Assembly (NCBI RefSeq): GCF_964355755.1
Contig: NC_092673.1
Location: 4,712,001-4,776,000, forward strand
DNA: 64,000 nt
Direction of reading: 5' to 3'
DNA from: Antedon mediterranea
Lineage: Eukaryota > Animalia > Echinodermata
The notes beneath the pieces were generated by a model. It did not search any database, was not told where the DNA came from, and saw only the letters and a program-made list of their open reading frames with translations. The translations under genes and the position numbers were made by a program. Positions 27,549 through 39,611 of this stretch are shown piece after piece; positions within the stretch are counted from its first letter, which is position 1; every line of letters begins with the position of its first letter.

Positions 27549-28340
27549 TATGGAACGCCGTTTACGCAACATTTTGATGATATGAATTTTATGACGCGAT
27601 ATGTGAATGAAATGCATCGATATGAATTGAATGGCGTGATATATGAATGAAATGTTTTGAATTGAATGCTTTGAATTGAATGTTTTGAATGAAATGTTTT
27701 GAATGAAATGTTTTGAATTGAATGTTTTGAATAAAATGTTTTGAATGAAATGTTTTGAATGAAATGTTTTGAATGAAATGTTTGAATTGAATTGAAAAGT
27801 CAAACTATTGGCGGCGTATGTCATTCCCGCTCGCGATTTTTTTTTCAACCTCTTAATAGGCCTAAGCATGGGTACCATCATCTCCTTTCAACGCTGTCAT
27901 CAATATGAATCCTTTACAGAGACTCCCTAACAGACCTGAAACATTGGAATACATATTTCCGAACCCAGGTCTGTTAGGATTCTCTGTAAAGGCAGCGTGG
28001 AAGAAAGGAGATGAGGGTACCCAGGCTTAGGCCTAAGAGGTTGAGAAAATAATCGCGAGCGAGAATGACATACGCCACCAATAGTTTGACTTTTCAATTC
28101 AATTCAAACATTTCATTCAAAACATTTCATTCAAAACATTTCATTTAAAACATTTCATTCAAAACATTTCATTCAAAACATTTCATTCAAAACATTTCAT
28201 TCAAAATATTCAATTCAAAGCATTCAATTCAAAACATTTCATTCATATATCGCACCATTTAATTCATATCGATGCATTTCATTCACATATCGCGTCATAA
28301 AATTCATATCATCGAAATGTTGCGTAAACGGCGTTCCATA
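27549..28340. mobile_element. Fold-back (near-perfect 792-bp palindromic) element with TATGG termini, IS3EU-like, nested in the Helitron
   Basis: TATGGAACGCCGTTTACG...CGTAAACGGCGTTCCATA; arms complementary up to a ~27-bp loop near 27939-27965; flanked by CTATTAA on both sides; internal 14-bp GAATGAAATGTTTT repeats. Confidence 0.85.
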
Positions 28341-28776
28341 CTATTAACTATTTTTCATTTGAATCGAACATTTCTTACTGTGAATGTTCGTACTGTTAGA
28401 TGTAATATAAAAATATATACAAATAAACTTTATTACTGAGACTGTGGATAGGCTCTACTGTTAGATATACAAATAAACTTTATACTGACAGTTCCTTCTC
28501 AACGTTTGTATTAATTAATAATTACCAAAAATATAAACGTCGTAGTGGTGTATCGTGACATGTACTTTAATATTTCAATCGATTATGACAGTGACAGTTT
28601 TAACAAAGTATTAAATCGCAAATGTTTTAGGCCTACTGTATTTAGAGGTATATTATTTATAGGCCTATAAAACATGAACAAAATATTTCGTTACTCAGTG
28701 GATAAAGAATATATTTAAAAATTGTTCCTCTTTGTACCTATCCGCTTTCCCATCCCTCAACCCTAATGTTACATAG

Positions 28777-29149
28777 CGAGGAGGCTTCGCATTTTCCTAT
28801 CTCCTCCTACGATAATTGTTTTTAATAGCTGAAAACCGGTTGAACAGCTAGAGTACACCATCATAATGTTGAAGACAGGCCGATTTTCTTTAAAAAATAC
28901 TATTTTGATAGATTGCTAGAGTAAACCATCATAATGTTGAAGACAGGCCGATTTTCTTTAAAAAATACTATTTTGATAGATTTAATATACGATTATACAA
29001 ATGTATTGATTTGCGATGAATGGAACATCCCAATCTCTCAGTCTGCCAGAGTTTGGTTTAACACAAGTACTGTAGGTAAATTTATGAGCCCTTGGTTTAA
29101 CACATACGGTAGGTAAATATATGGGCCCTTTGAGAATAAACTTGCAATA
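28777..29149 (+). repeat. Direct repeat of 27215-27520 inside the Helitron
   Basis: Near-identical block GCGAGGAGGCTTCGCATTTT...GAGAATAAACTTGCAATA, plus a ~69-bp local duplication; it explains the twin 60-aa ORFs. Confidence 0.85.
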
Positions 29150-30769
29150 GGTTCGGAAAATGTTAAAAACCAATTTCTATTATTTGAATCGGTAAACAGT
29201 TTCCATTTATTATACATTGATAATGAAACATGAAATATTCCTATTTATGTCCCTCGAGGTTCATTACAATTTATATTTAGTAGTCCCACGGACTTCATCT
29301 TAGCCACTCCCCCGAGTGCTAAGGCCAAATTTATGATAGCCTACTTTCTATGTAAGTTTAGTTACAGTTAGTTCTTGACGATAATACAACGAATTTAGGT
29401 TACACCCTTCGGCCGCGAAAACGTTTCTGTACAAATATGATACCGATTGGCTTTATTTCATTCAACAGCGACCATAATCTCGCCAATTACAGGATAGATA
29501 AACTATTTTATTATTGATGTGCTTATAAATTAAGACTCATGTAAACAGCTTGATTACATCATTTTACAGACAAACGAAACTTTTTTAAACCTACTGTTTC
29601 AATAACTGAGTATAATACTGTATACGTTTTCATAAGTAAGTGCATATACATTTTCGTGTTTTCATTGACGAGATTGTAATAGTAACTTCAGTAACTATTA
29701 CAGTACTTATTTATTATACGACACAAGACAATTGTATCTGACAGGTACGTACATTATTCTAAAAAATAAGTCTAGATCCCTTAGGCGTCATAAATCACAG
29801 GCCAACAAATCAGTACTCATGACAGAAATTCGACCCAGTTTGGTTCACACAAATGTTTACAGGAAGTTCAACACCACAACCGATGATTTGCCCTAAATAT
29901 TTAGGTAGACTACAGTTTAATTTTTCACTGAATAGGAGCTTGAATTTCCGATTTCCATTTCGCAGAATGTCTAGGTCTATTTATTTAGTTTGGTTCTTAT
30001 AATATATAAATACAATCAACTTTATTACTGCGGTTCCATCATCACCACCACGTGCCGCCCAATTCCCGTACATACATTTCCATTTCTCCCTAATTTCTTT
30101 AATCCACATAAATTAATTGTCCTTTATGGAATCCAGTATTGGTTTTGTTGTCTCTATTTCTGAATACCCCAATTAGGGGGACACTTCCGTTTTTGTTTAG
30201 TGTCCCAAAAAAGTCCCCGTCCGTGGATTCTACTGTATTCGAGAACCATCTGTGAGCACCCCTAGATGGTACGCGAGCGAAGCGAGCGTGCCATCTAGTA
30301 TTTCCTAAATATGTGAGTAGTAGTACAATATATCAATTAGACAAGATATTTAGGGCTAGATTTTTTCCTAATACGACCACTTGAAACTAAAATAGTATTA
30401 ATATAGTTGAATCTTTGAATAAGCTTATTCACTGTAGAGATTTCAAGCAAATTAGGTCATGCAGAAGGTCATGATCAAAATGGGGCCAGTCCAGAATTAG
30501 AAAAGGAACTATACAGTAGTAGCTAACTTAAATTTGGTCAAACCATAGTCAACTATTGACTATGGTCAAACACAGTCTGTTATAATTTTTTGACAAAATC
30601 GATAAGATTGAAATTGGTCACCGGCCTATTCTGTTTTTGGTAATATGAGTTTGTTCTTGTAATTAATTGTTCTCTAAAGTATTCTCTTTCTATTTCTAAT
30701 TTTATTATTATTTCTCGATTTTTAATTACTTGATATTCAGGGTCATATTCTATACTTTGTTAAAGCACT

Positions 30770-31074
30770 GGAGCACTGTGGAGCAGTGGTAGAGCATTGA
30801 ACTTGCAATCAAGAGGTTGTCGGTTCAAGCCCCGACTCGATCACTGTAGTGTTGAGTCCTTGAGCAAGATTCTTTATCCACATTGTTCCTCCCCACCCAG
30901 GTGATAGAAATGGGTACCGGTATGTAAAAAGTACTGGGAAGGTAAATCAGACTCGTTTGTGCGGGAGGAGTGGCGTTTTCCCCCACAAACACTTAGTGGA
31001 GTCTGGCCCAAACGCTAAGGAAATGGAGAGTTAGCCGTTAGCATTAGCTTAGGTTTCGACTTTACCTTTACCTT
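30770..31074 (+). mobile_element. tRNA-derived SINE
   Basis: Head with box A TGGAGCAGTGG and box B GGTTCAAGCCC; core CCTTGAGCAAG...CACCCAGGTG..AAATGGGTACC; (TTTACC)n tail. Confidence 0.85.
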
Positions 31075-31320
31075 GTTTAATTCTCTCATTCTCAGCCGCT
31101 TAACAGGGGCCGTGTCAGGGGGTGGGGGTGCAAAGATAATAATCTTCCTGGTTACTAATTCATGACCCGAAGTATTATCCTGGTCAGTATCCTGGTCTGG
31201 GCCCTTATATCAATGTATGATGTTAATGAAACAATAGTCTCCAGGTATTCTGCACAACCATGGTTGAGAAATATTTTTGAGAAATAGAGTCACCAGAAAT
31301 TATACTTTTACTTTGAAACA

Positions 31321-31537
31321 TACGGAAGCCCGTTCCGGCCACAAGTTAACTATATTTTAAAAGCTGTTATCTGGCGGCTGCTACTTAATTATCCGCCAGA
31401 TAATTAAGTGGCGGCCGCCAGATAATTAAGTGGCGGCTGCCAGATAATTAAGTGGCGGCCGCCATATAATTAAGTGGCGGCCGCCAGATAACAGCTTTTA
31501 AAATATAGTTAACTTGTGGCCCGAACGGGCTTCCGTA
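31321..31537. mobile_element. Palindromic MITE with TACGG termini (IS3EU-like)
   Basis: ~60-bp TIRs TACGGAAGCCCGTTC.. / ..GAACGGGCTTCCGTA; internal 22-bp repeats; flanks GAAACA/GTAACA resemble a 6-bp TSD with one mismatch. Confidence 0.75.
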
Positions 31538-31710
31538 GTAACATGCAATGAAATGTATAAGAATCCCCAGGACCTACTGAAAACAAAATGTGTTCGAATT
31601 TTGTCTAGGTCAAACCGTAGTTTGACCTCAGAACATACATGGCATATACTAACATTCCAAGCTCTTATTTTACCATACTTTTTAATGTGCATGTTACACG
31701 GTGTATTTAA

Positions 31711-32331
31711 CATGGGGCCTGTTTTTGCTGCATATCCTTAAAATACGGTATAAAAATATGGTATAAAATACGGTATATTTTATACCGTATTTGTTAGTAC
31801 CCCGTACTATTTTGGGTGGTCGTGTTAAAATTCATCTCTTTTACCCAACCTGCCTTTCGATCCCCCAAAATTAATTTATTCCTTCCTTGCCCGAATTAGA
31901 ATTTGTTATCTTTGTTTTGAACGACAAGTTCGCACACCCCATAGTTTTCTACATTTTTGCTAAATTATCTTTCTAAATCTGGCTGTCCTGTTTGTTCCTT
32001 TTTAATTTTCCCGAAATATTTGTTTCCTCAACAGATTATTTGCAAATGTTGTGATGTTGTTCATTACTTTTGTTGACTTATCCATCCATGTGTAAAAAGC
32101 GTACAGAAAATCAAAATACGGTATTTTTTTATTGCAGCAGAAACGGGTACCAAAAATACGGTATAAATTTAAAAATACCGTATTTTATCCACAAATTGGG
32201 GAAAAACGGTATACACTATACGGTATATTTTTTATGTGCACCGTTTCTGCTGCCAAAAATATACTGTATATATACGGTATTAAAAACATTATTAAATACA
32301 GTATTTACTTGGCAGCGCAAGCAGGGCCATG
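31711..32331. mobile_element. Probable non-autonomous DNA transposon with AAATACGGTAT subterminal repeats
   Basis: Imperfect TIRs CATGGGGCCTG..GCTGC / GCAGC..CAGGGCCATG; TACGGTA/TACCGTA motifs clustered at both ends. Confidence 0.45.
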
Positions 32332-32801
32332 GATAACCTAACTTGTCTTTTAACCATTGAGACGATTTTAAACACTGTTTAAATAATAGTATTTAAGAAG
32401 AAAACATTAGAAAAAGTCTCCCAGAAAAACTATGGTGAAATGATGTTGTTTCACAACTACTGTATATATGTATAAGTTGTTAAGCTATGTATAATAATGT
32501 ACAGTATGCACTTAATTTGTATTTTGATGGGTTTTGTTTAGATACGTCTTGTCAGGTCTCTTTTCAATTAGATTCCCATTCACAAATAAATCAGATTTCT
32601 TTTCTTATTTAACTCTTAGCAGCCTGCATGTATTTTTGTTTTGAGTTGTAAAGCAATTACAGGAATTTAATTTGATCTATATACAATGTATATACAATCA
32701 CTTTGGTGAGTAAAGTATTAAGAAGTAGCTCTTTGTGTACATTATTTGTAAAGCATCATACTAGTTACTGGTTTGTCTTTGTAGATACCCCATCCTAAGG
32801 A

Positions 32802-33668
32802 ATGATAATGGCAGATAATAATACAAGAAGATATTCATATCCTAGCCTAGAAATGCCATTAAATGATATTAAATATGGAGAAAAAGATATTATTGGACGA
32901 GGTGGAACAAGCATCGTGTATAAAGGTGTTTATAAAGATTTTCCGGTTGTGATTAAACATCTTAACCGTGTTCAAGAAATTGAAGTCGTTGCACTAAGAA
33001 TGATTAAAGATGATAAAGAAAGTAAACATATCGGTAGAAAGTTCATCACACATATTTTAGGGGTCATTACACAACCATTCCCATTGTACTGTATCGTAAT
33101 GGAATATGTAGCAAATGGGACATTACTAAAATATTTAAGTCAGAAACTGCAACAGCAACAACGTCTTGAGCATGACAAATTCTTCACATGGACCCGCCAA
33201 GGCGCCCTCGCAATACAGTATCTTCATGAATGCAAAATAATTCATCGTGACATCAAATCGCCAAATGTTTTAATTACTGATAAATACAATTTGAAACTTT
33301 GTGACTTTGGAATTTCCCGTATAACAGACCAGACAATTACAACAACATTTGCTGGGTCTATTCCATGGGTAGCCCCTGAAAATTGTAATTATGGGGCTCC
33401 TTGGTCAAACATAAAAGTCTCACCGCGTTCGGACATTTACTCATACGGTGTAGTGATTTGGGAAATGTGGACTTGTAGAAAACCAGATGTTTTGATTAAA
33501 GTGGATGGTATGTACCCGCTAGTTGAAGGGACACCCCTTAAGTTAAAGGATATGCTGCATAGTTGCTGGGAGGGAGATAGAAGGAAAAGGCCAAGTATTC
33601 CAGACATACTGAAAACTATGAAGGCTTTGTCTGTTACAATGGGGATTGAAGTCAAAGATTTTATAGAG
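32802..33668 (+). CDS. Intronless TKL-group (MLK/ZAK/DLK-like MAP3K) protein kinase domain exon
   Basis: All catalytic motifs present: GRGGTSIV, VVIK, EVVAL, HRDIKSPN, DFG, GSIPWVAPE, DIYSYG, RPS. Acceptor at 32784/32785; phase-0 donor GAG|GTACAG at 33668 (unspliced stop at 33677). Confidence 0.9.
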
Positions 33669-34220
33669 GTACAGTAACGTTCCTAAAAAATGTTTTTCAT
33701 TAATGTTTACCTTTTCTAGGGCTTTTTTTAAGCTACTGTTTATGACCTGAATTAGACTACACTTCTTGTAAAGCTTCAAGCCACGACTAAAAAATAATGT
33801 ATTGGAAAAAGGGAATAAAATGCTGAGTATGAAATCTTCAGCTATTAAAAAAAGTTACTGTGCAACAAGCTGAAAAGATTAATACAGTTGTAAAAAGGAT
33901 TTATAAATAAGTCATTTTAAATCCAGTGTTTCATACCAGAGGCGTCACTGGTAGTGAAAATGATGCTGTAAATGTAAAATGAATTATTATTTTCATTTTG
34001 TTCTTGAATTTAATCTGTTTTAATTTTCAAGATTCAAGATTTAAAAAACAATTCATCTTCCTTAAGGAAATAATAGCAGCATAAAAAGACATTTAAAAAT
34101 TAAGTAAAAAATATACAGTATGAGATGTTTAAATTTATATAAAATCTACAAATATATAAAAATACATGCATCTCTTTAAAAATTATATGACAACCCTACC
34201 AATTTATTTTTTGTTTATAG

Positions 34221-34870
34221 ATGCCAAATGACAGACCTGGTGGTGACAAAGATGCTGTAAACAAAACAGTAAATGAGGTTGTGGAAGATTTAGCAATGAC
34301 CGACTTCTTCAATATTTCGGATATTGAAATTGATACGATGGAAAGTGATCGATTTTCTAATAAAGGACAAACTGTTGCAGTGTCTAATGGCAACCTTCGG
34401 TCAAAGATGGCTGAGGAGTCTTCTAGCAAACGTAACTTCCGTGATAAAAATAAGCCAAATTTTAACAGAAAGGATAAATCAAATTTTAAGTTTAGAGGAA
34501 ATGCTAAATTATCACCAACAAATGGTTCAATGAAAAAAATCTCAAGTCAGTCAGAAGAAGTAGCATGGAAGTATTAGAAGAACATAAAAGAAAAGGATGT
34601 CCACCTTCTGGATTCAGAAAAATTCAGCATGCGTTTGATGGAAATACTACAAAAATCAAGAGATCAAGTAGTTTGAGCAGACTACCAAATAGAACTGTAG
34701 ATTCGAAGGAAACTACTTCTTTGTTTGATGGAAAAAACAGAACAAGAAGTTTGGAACCTATTTCTGGTGAAAGACAGTCAAGGCGTGATTCAAGGAAAAC
34801 CGACACCTTTGGTTTTAAAGAACAACCTGCCTATTCAAGTTTAGATATCTGGATAAAGAAAGTCAAAGAG
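34221..34870 (+). pseudogene. Chimeric exon derived from the linker of the macro-Deltex gene, with a frameshift
   Basis: Acceptor TTTATAG|ATG at 34220/34221 in phase with the kinase; DTMESDR..AKLSPTNG..VLEEH matches 22550-23040; a 7-nt deletion at 34568/34569 gives TAG at 34575-34577; donor at 34870. Confidence 0.8.
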
Positions 34871-35119
34871 GTACAGTAGCATTTCTATAAATGTTTCTGA
34901 AGAGACAATACAGTTGTAAAAAAAATGATTTTATAATTAGTTATCGGCACTTGGCAGATAACCCCTTGTTATTGTCAGGATCTTTGTTTCTTATTCTAGT
35001 CTTTCTTTCCCAACATTTTGTTGCAGCTGTATCTCTAATCCTTGTCAACATAAAATTGTATTGCTTTGTCAAAAGATTGACCTCAAGCTGTAATTGTGCA
35101 GGAAACTTTGTTATATGAC

Positions 35120-36200
35120 GTTAGAGTCGCGCAGCGTAAGTTATGCGCGATTTTATGAAATGTTTATGGTTGCTCATAAATTCTGAACAAAAATTTATTT
35201 TTCAATGAAACTTTACGAAAGTGTATTTCATAATATTGAGCAACTTTTTGACATGATAAAAATGGCATGCTTCGCAAAAAATTATGCGTGATTACGCGCA
35301 TTTAAGATTTCAAAAAATGCGCAGAATTAATTTAGCGTACATTTCAGGTCATTTTGCGCATTTCAAAATGTTATAATTTGTTTGCGCTTTGCACACAGCT
35401 AGCACAAAGCATAGAAAAATGGTTTTTGTTTTTCATACCACCTGTAGTAGTTTTCATTCATTTTGATGAACTCTAATTGCAAAATGTACGTTAAACTTTA
35501 ATACTAATAATAATTAAAGAATAGGTAATTTAATGCAAATTTGTTTCAGTATATTTCAATCTGTTATAGCTCCTCTTAATGAAAAGTGACCCGGATGATT
35601 AAATATTATTATGGAAGCTGTTAAATTGCAGATATGAATTCATATAAAAATTGTGTTTATCTGATGTCATGACGTCATCATATGACTTGTTCTACTTGTA
35701 GGATTTTAGTGTTGTTGAGGCAGAAGTTAAATCAAAATACATACCTGATGCCTTTAATGATGATGCCATCAGAGAACTCGAGACGCATACAGATGTAACA
35801 TTTACAATCCAACATCATGAGCACTTGCCCGATGTTTATATTGTTAAAGGAACTCTGCAAGCTGTAGAGAGGGCAGAATATTATTTGCGAAAGCTGTATA
35901 GAAATGGACAAAAAAATAGTGATTCTGAAGTGATAGATGCAGAAGACAATCAACACCAATGCAAGTCAGTTACAGGATGTCATGAGGATTCAACAGTAAG
36001 AAATTCAACTACACCATTAAGGCGACTGTTAACTAAGACTAATCTTTAAAAATGTAGATATAAATTCATATAAAATTTATATGCCTGATGTTTTGACGTC
36101 ATCATATGGCAAGCTGAATTTAAAAAGTATTTTTTTCATCTCTTCCGTCATTTACTTACAAATTTAAAAGAGCATGCACCACGCTTCTACGCGTCCAATT
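35120..36200. mobile_element. Probable Helentron/HINE-like repeat surrounding a copied exon
   Basis: Starts AGAGTCGCG like the element at 39.6-40.5 kb, has a similar GCGC/ACGCG-rich body and ends CACGCTTCTACGCGTCC; ~55-bp direct repeats at 35631-35686 and 36057-36110. Confidence 0.4.
35702..36049 (+). pseudogene. Extra partial copy of the KH-like N-terminal exon of the macro-Deltex gene
   Basis: Acceptor TTGTAG|GAT; FSVVEAEV..PDVYIVKGTLQAV matches 20034-20340; stops at 36049 before the macrodomain. Confidence 0.8.
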
Positions 36201-37832
36201 TTCTTCCAATTCTTATATCCTTTTGCTCAAATCATTATCATTCCGAAATTGCCATCTTCATGTTTGATTTTGATGGTGTCATCATAGCAACAAATGAGAA
36301 CATTTGTGGGTCCCAAAATTTCACCTATGCTACACTGTATATAGATAATATACATAATGTATATATTAATAATACATAATGTATATATTAATAACACATA
36401 ATAGGCACAACTCAGCACCACTATAAGCGTATGCATCAGATCATAGGATGGAATACGTCAACGTTTTGCACTTATATAATTTATAATAAAGTATTTAAAA
36501 AAATTAATGTCAGTAAAATTATTTTTTATCACAATGATCACCTATAATTCAATTCTAGTTTTTTGTTGGAATTTGATTGATTTTGTAGATTGGTAGCTTG
36601 AACAAGGGGTGCACCCTTAAACCCTTTACACAAGTCTATTACAGTATTACTATCAGTGCAACCATGTGTGAAATCCTGGATCTGCTTGCCCTTGATAACG
36701 GTCCTTTTGTGCTTTAGAATTGTTATTTCATCTGAGAAATTTTACACTATTATAGTGATAATAATACTATTATATCACTAGATTTGATAGATTAATTATT
36801 TTTTCTAACTGCAGGTTTTTAGTGCTGTTGAGGCTGAAGTTAAATCAAAATACATACCGGTACCTGATGTCTTTAATGATGATGCTATCGGAGACCTTGA
36901 GACATACACTGGTGTAAAATTTACAATCCAACATCACAAACACTTGCCTGACGTTTATATCGTTCAAGGAAATCTGGAAGCTGTACAGAGGGCAGACTCT
37001 TTTTTGCAAAAGCTGTATAAAGATAGACAAAATGTTGCAGAGAATGTTAATCCTGGATTCAAAGTGCAAGAGACTCATTATGTTAGTGGTGGAGATTCAA
37101 CAGTAAGAAATTCTACAAATGCAACTAGCTCTCAAAGACCAACCTCTGAAAGTGACAGCGATTTTCGAAAGAACAAAAATGTTGCAGTGAGTGTTAGTGC
37201 TAGGTTAGAGACTGATTATGCTAATGGTGGCACGAAATATTTAAATGACATAGAATATGAGAAGTTCACTAAGTTATCAGCAGGTTATTCCTTCTATGAA
37301 GCATCCAAATGTACTTCTCCAAGACAAGTTGAATGTTCTTTGACATTTAAGACACCAGTAACCCATCACAATGTTTCAATTTATGTTGGAGATTTAACTA
37401 AAATCACAGCAGATGCAGTTGTTTGTCCAACTAATTCTGTTTTAGGACATGATGGTGATGCTGCTAAAGTTTGTGGATATATGTATCCATATTCAGTCAA
37501 TCATACTAAAGGAAGAAAACTACCCTCTAAATGTATTATTTATGCTGTAGAACCTGTATGGAACACAACCAAGAATAAAAGAGATTTTTTTCTTTTGTTA
37601 AAGAAAACATTCATGAATTGTTTTGAGTATGCATATAATTTGTCGATAAACCACATAGCTCTACCACTAATTAGTTCAGGTAGGTTGAAGAGACAGATGT
37701 ACTGATTTGTTTATATTGAATGAGTGCACATATTTAATTAGCCAATCTTTAATTAGGCAATATAATATTTTTTTATACATGTAAATATAAAAATATGATA
37801 TTAATTTACACTGTTTGAGTCTCAACCCCTAA

Positions 37833-37977
37833 AGGGTCTTTCACACCTGTTCCGGCTTGGTTCCGGTCTGGCGCCGGCAAATCAAGTCGAACGTCAATGT
37901 TTCATTTTTACGCGGCTACACGCATATCGATTGGTGCATAGCCTCATAGAGCGTTGTGAACAGGTGTGAAAGACCCT
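37833..37977. mobile_element. PIF/Harbinger-like MITE in paralog intron
   Basis: Perfect 20-bp TIR AGGGTCTTTCACACCTGTTC with TAA on both sides. Confidence 0.85.
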
Positions 37978-39611
37978 TAAGCGTTCCATTCCTCATAGGA
38001 GGCACTGAAGAGTGACATTGGTACAGTATTATACATTGGAAAGGTTTGTGAAATACAAGAGACTGGAGAAATGCCAATAAAGCATACTCAAATGTCCTGT
38101 TCTGTAAAGTTCTGCATATTTTACACTGATATTACTTTATGTTTACCTAGGAATTTATGGTGGGCCAATTAATGAATGCTCGGAGGCTTTGTATGAAGCA
38201 TTGATGGATTTTGACCGTATCAAATTTAGAAGACCACTCGAAATTCATGTTGTTGACATCAATAATGAATCAGTGGATCATTTGCAGATCCTATTTGTAG
38301 AGCACCTTAATTCACATTCTATTCCATTCAAAAGGAATAGAGTACCATCACCTCTGAGTAGAAGCACAATGCACAGTACCGACATCAGTGGAAGAAGTGG
38401 TTACGCTTCAAGAGGTTCTCCAGTTGTGAAAGATTTTCCAATGATCATCTCCTTAGATGAGAAAAGAAGCTCTTCAGGGAGTCCTGAGACTACCCGTTAC
38501 AGGAATTCATCAGAACAATTTGAAGAGTCTAGAAGAGAATTAAGTTCCAATGGATATCTACATAGAAATGAGTCATCACTAATCACCAACAGATCTAATG
38601 GACCTGTTTTGTCTTTCAAAACAAAGAAAAATTGTCACAAGATTTCCATTTATATTGGTGATTTGACAAAAGTGAAAGCTGATGCTATTGTTAATGCAGC
38701 CAACTCTCAACTAAGACATGTTGGAGGAGTTGCGAAAGCAATCGCTGATGCTGGAGGGTATAAAGTTGTAGAAGAATCAAATGAATATGTCAGAGTATGG
38801 GGCCCTCTATACCCATCTCAAGTCATTCAGACCAGCGGAGGACGTCTTCCCGCTAAATATGTTATTCATGCTGTTAGGCCTGTATGGAAAAACTATAAAC
38901 ATGAGAAAGACTGTTTGGAAACCTTGATGGCAACATTCATGAATTGTTTTCAGCTTGCATCAAAAAGTCTTGAAATTAAAAATATTGCGCTTCCACTAAT
39001 TAGTTCAGGTAAGGTTAAAATGTCTTTAATAATTTATTTATTTTCTTGGGAATTATAACCACAACATACTCCAATATTGTATTAATTTTATAAATGTCAT
39101 ATATTGTCTTTTTTTATTGGTTATCTTTCATAAAATGAACACAACTACAAATATATTGATTTTTTTCAGGTATGGTGTACCAATTGAGAAATGTGTTCAA
39201 TCATTGTACCTAGCATTAATGGAATTTGATGTTGAGTGTAATTCTCCACTTAATATACATGTTGTTGATACAAGTGTGGACGTGATTAGACATTTGCAGG
39301 CACTGTTTTCTCATTACTTGAAGTTGGATGATATTCAATTTGATACAATGGAAAGCGATTAATTATAAAGTCAAACGTATCAGAAATTATCTAAAGAAAG
39401 ACAAACTGATGCAGTGTCTAATGGCTGATGAGTCTTCTAGCAAACTTAACTTCCTTGATAAATTTAAGAAAAATTTTAACAGAAAAGAGAAATCAGATTT
39501 TAGGGTTACCCAGAATTTTAAATTATCACCAACAAATGGTTCAATGAAAAAAAATCTCAAGTCAGTCAGAAGAAGTAGCATGGTTGCATAAAGTATTATA
39601 AGAACATAAAA

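Larger units (their letters stand above)
26941..30298 (+). mobile_element. Non-autonomous Helitron (3358 bp)
   Basis: Starts TC, ends CTAG with terminal hairpin CTAGATGGTACGC-loop-GCGTGCCATCTAG, inserted between A and T with no TSD. The uninterrupted site TGTTTGAA^TATTTCCTAAATATG is visible in the adjacent tandem duplicate at about 26709-26731. Confidence 0.88.

Noticed and set aside
27305-29116. Duplicated 60-aa small-protein genes
   Set aside because: They lie in an internal direct repeat of the Helitron and show no recognisable protein features.
30770-30845. tRNA gene
   Set aside because: No clean acceptor stem, and it continues into a SINE core and tail.
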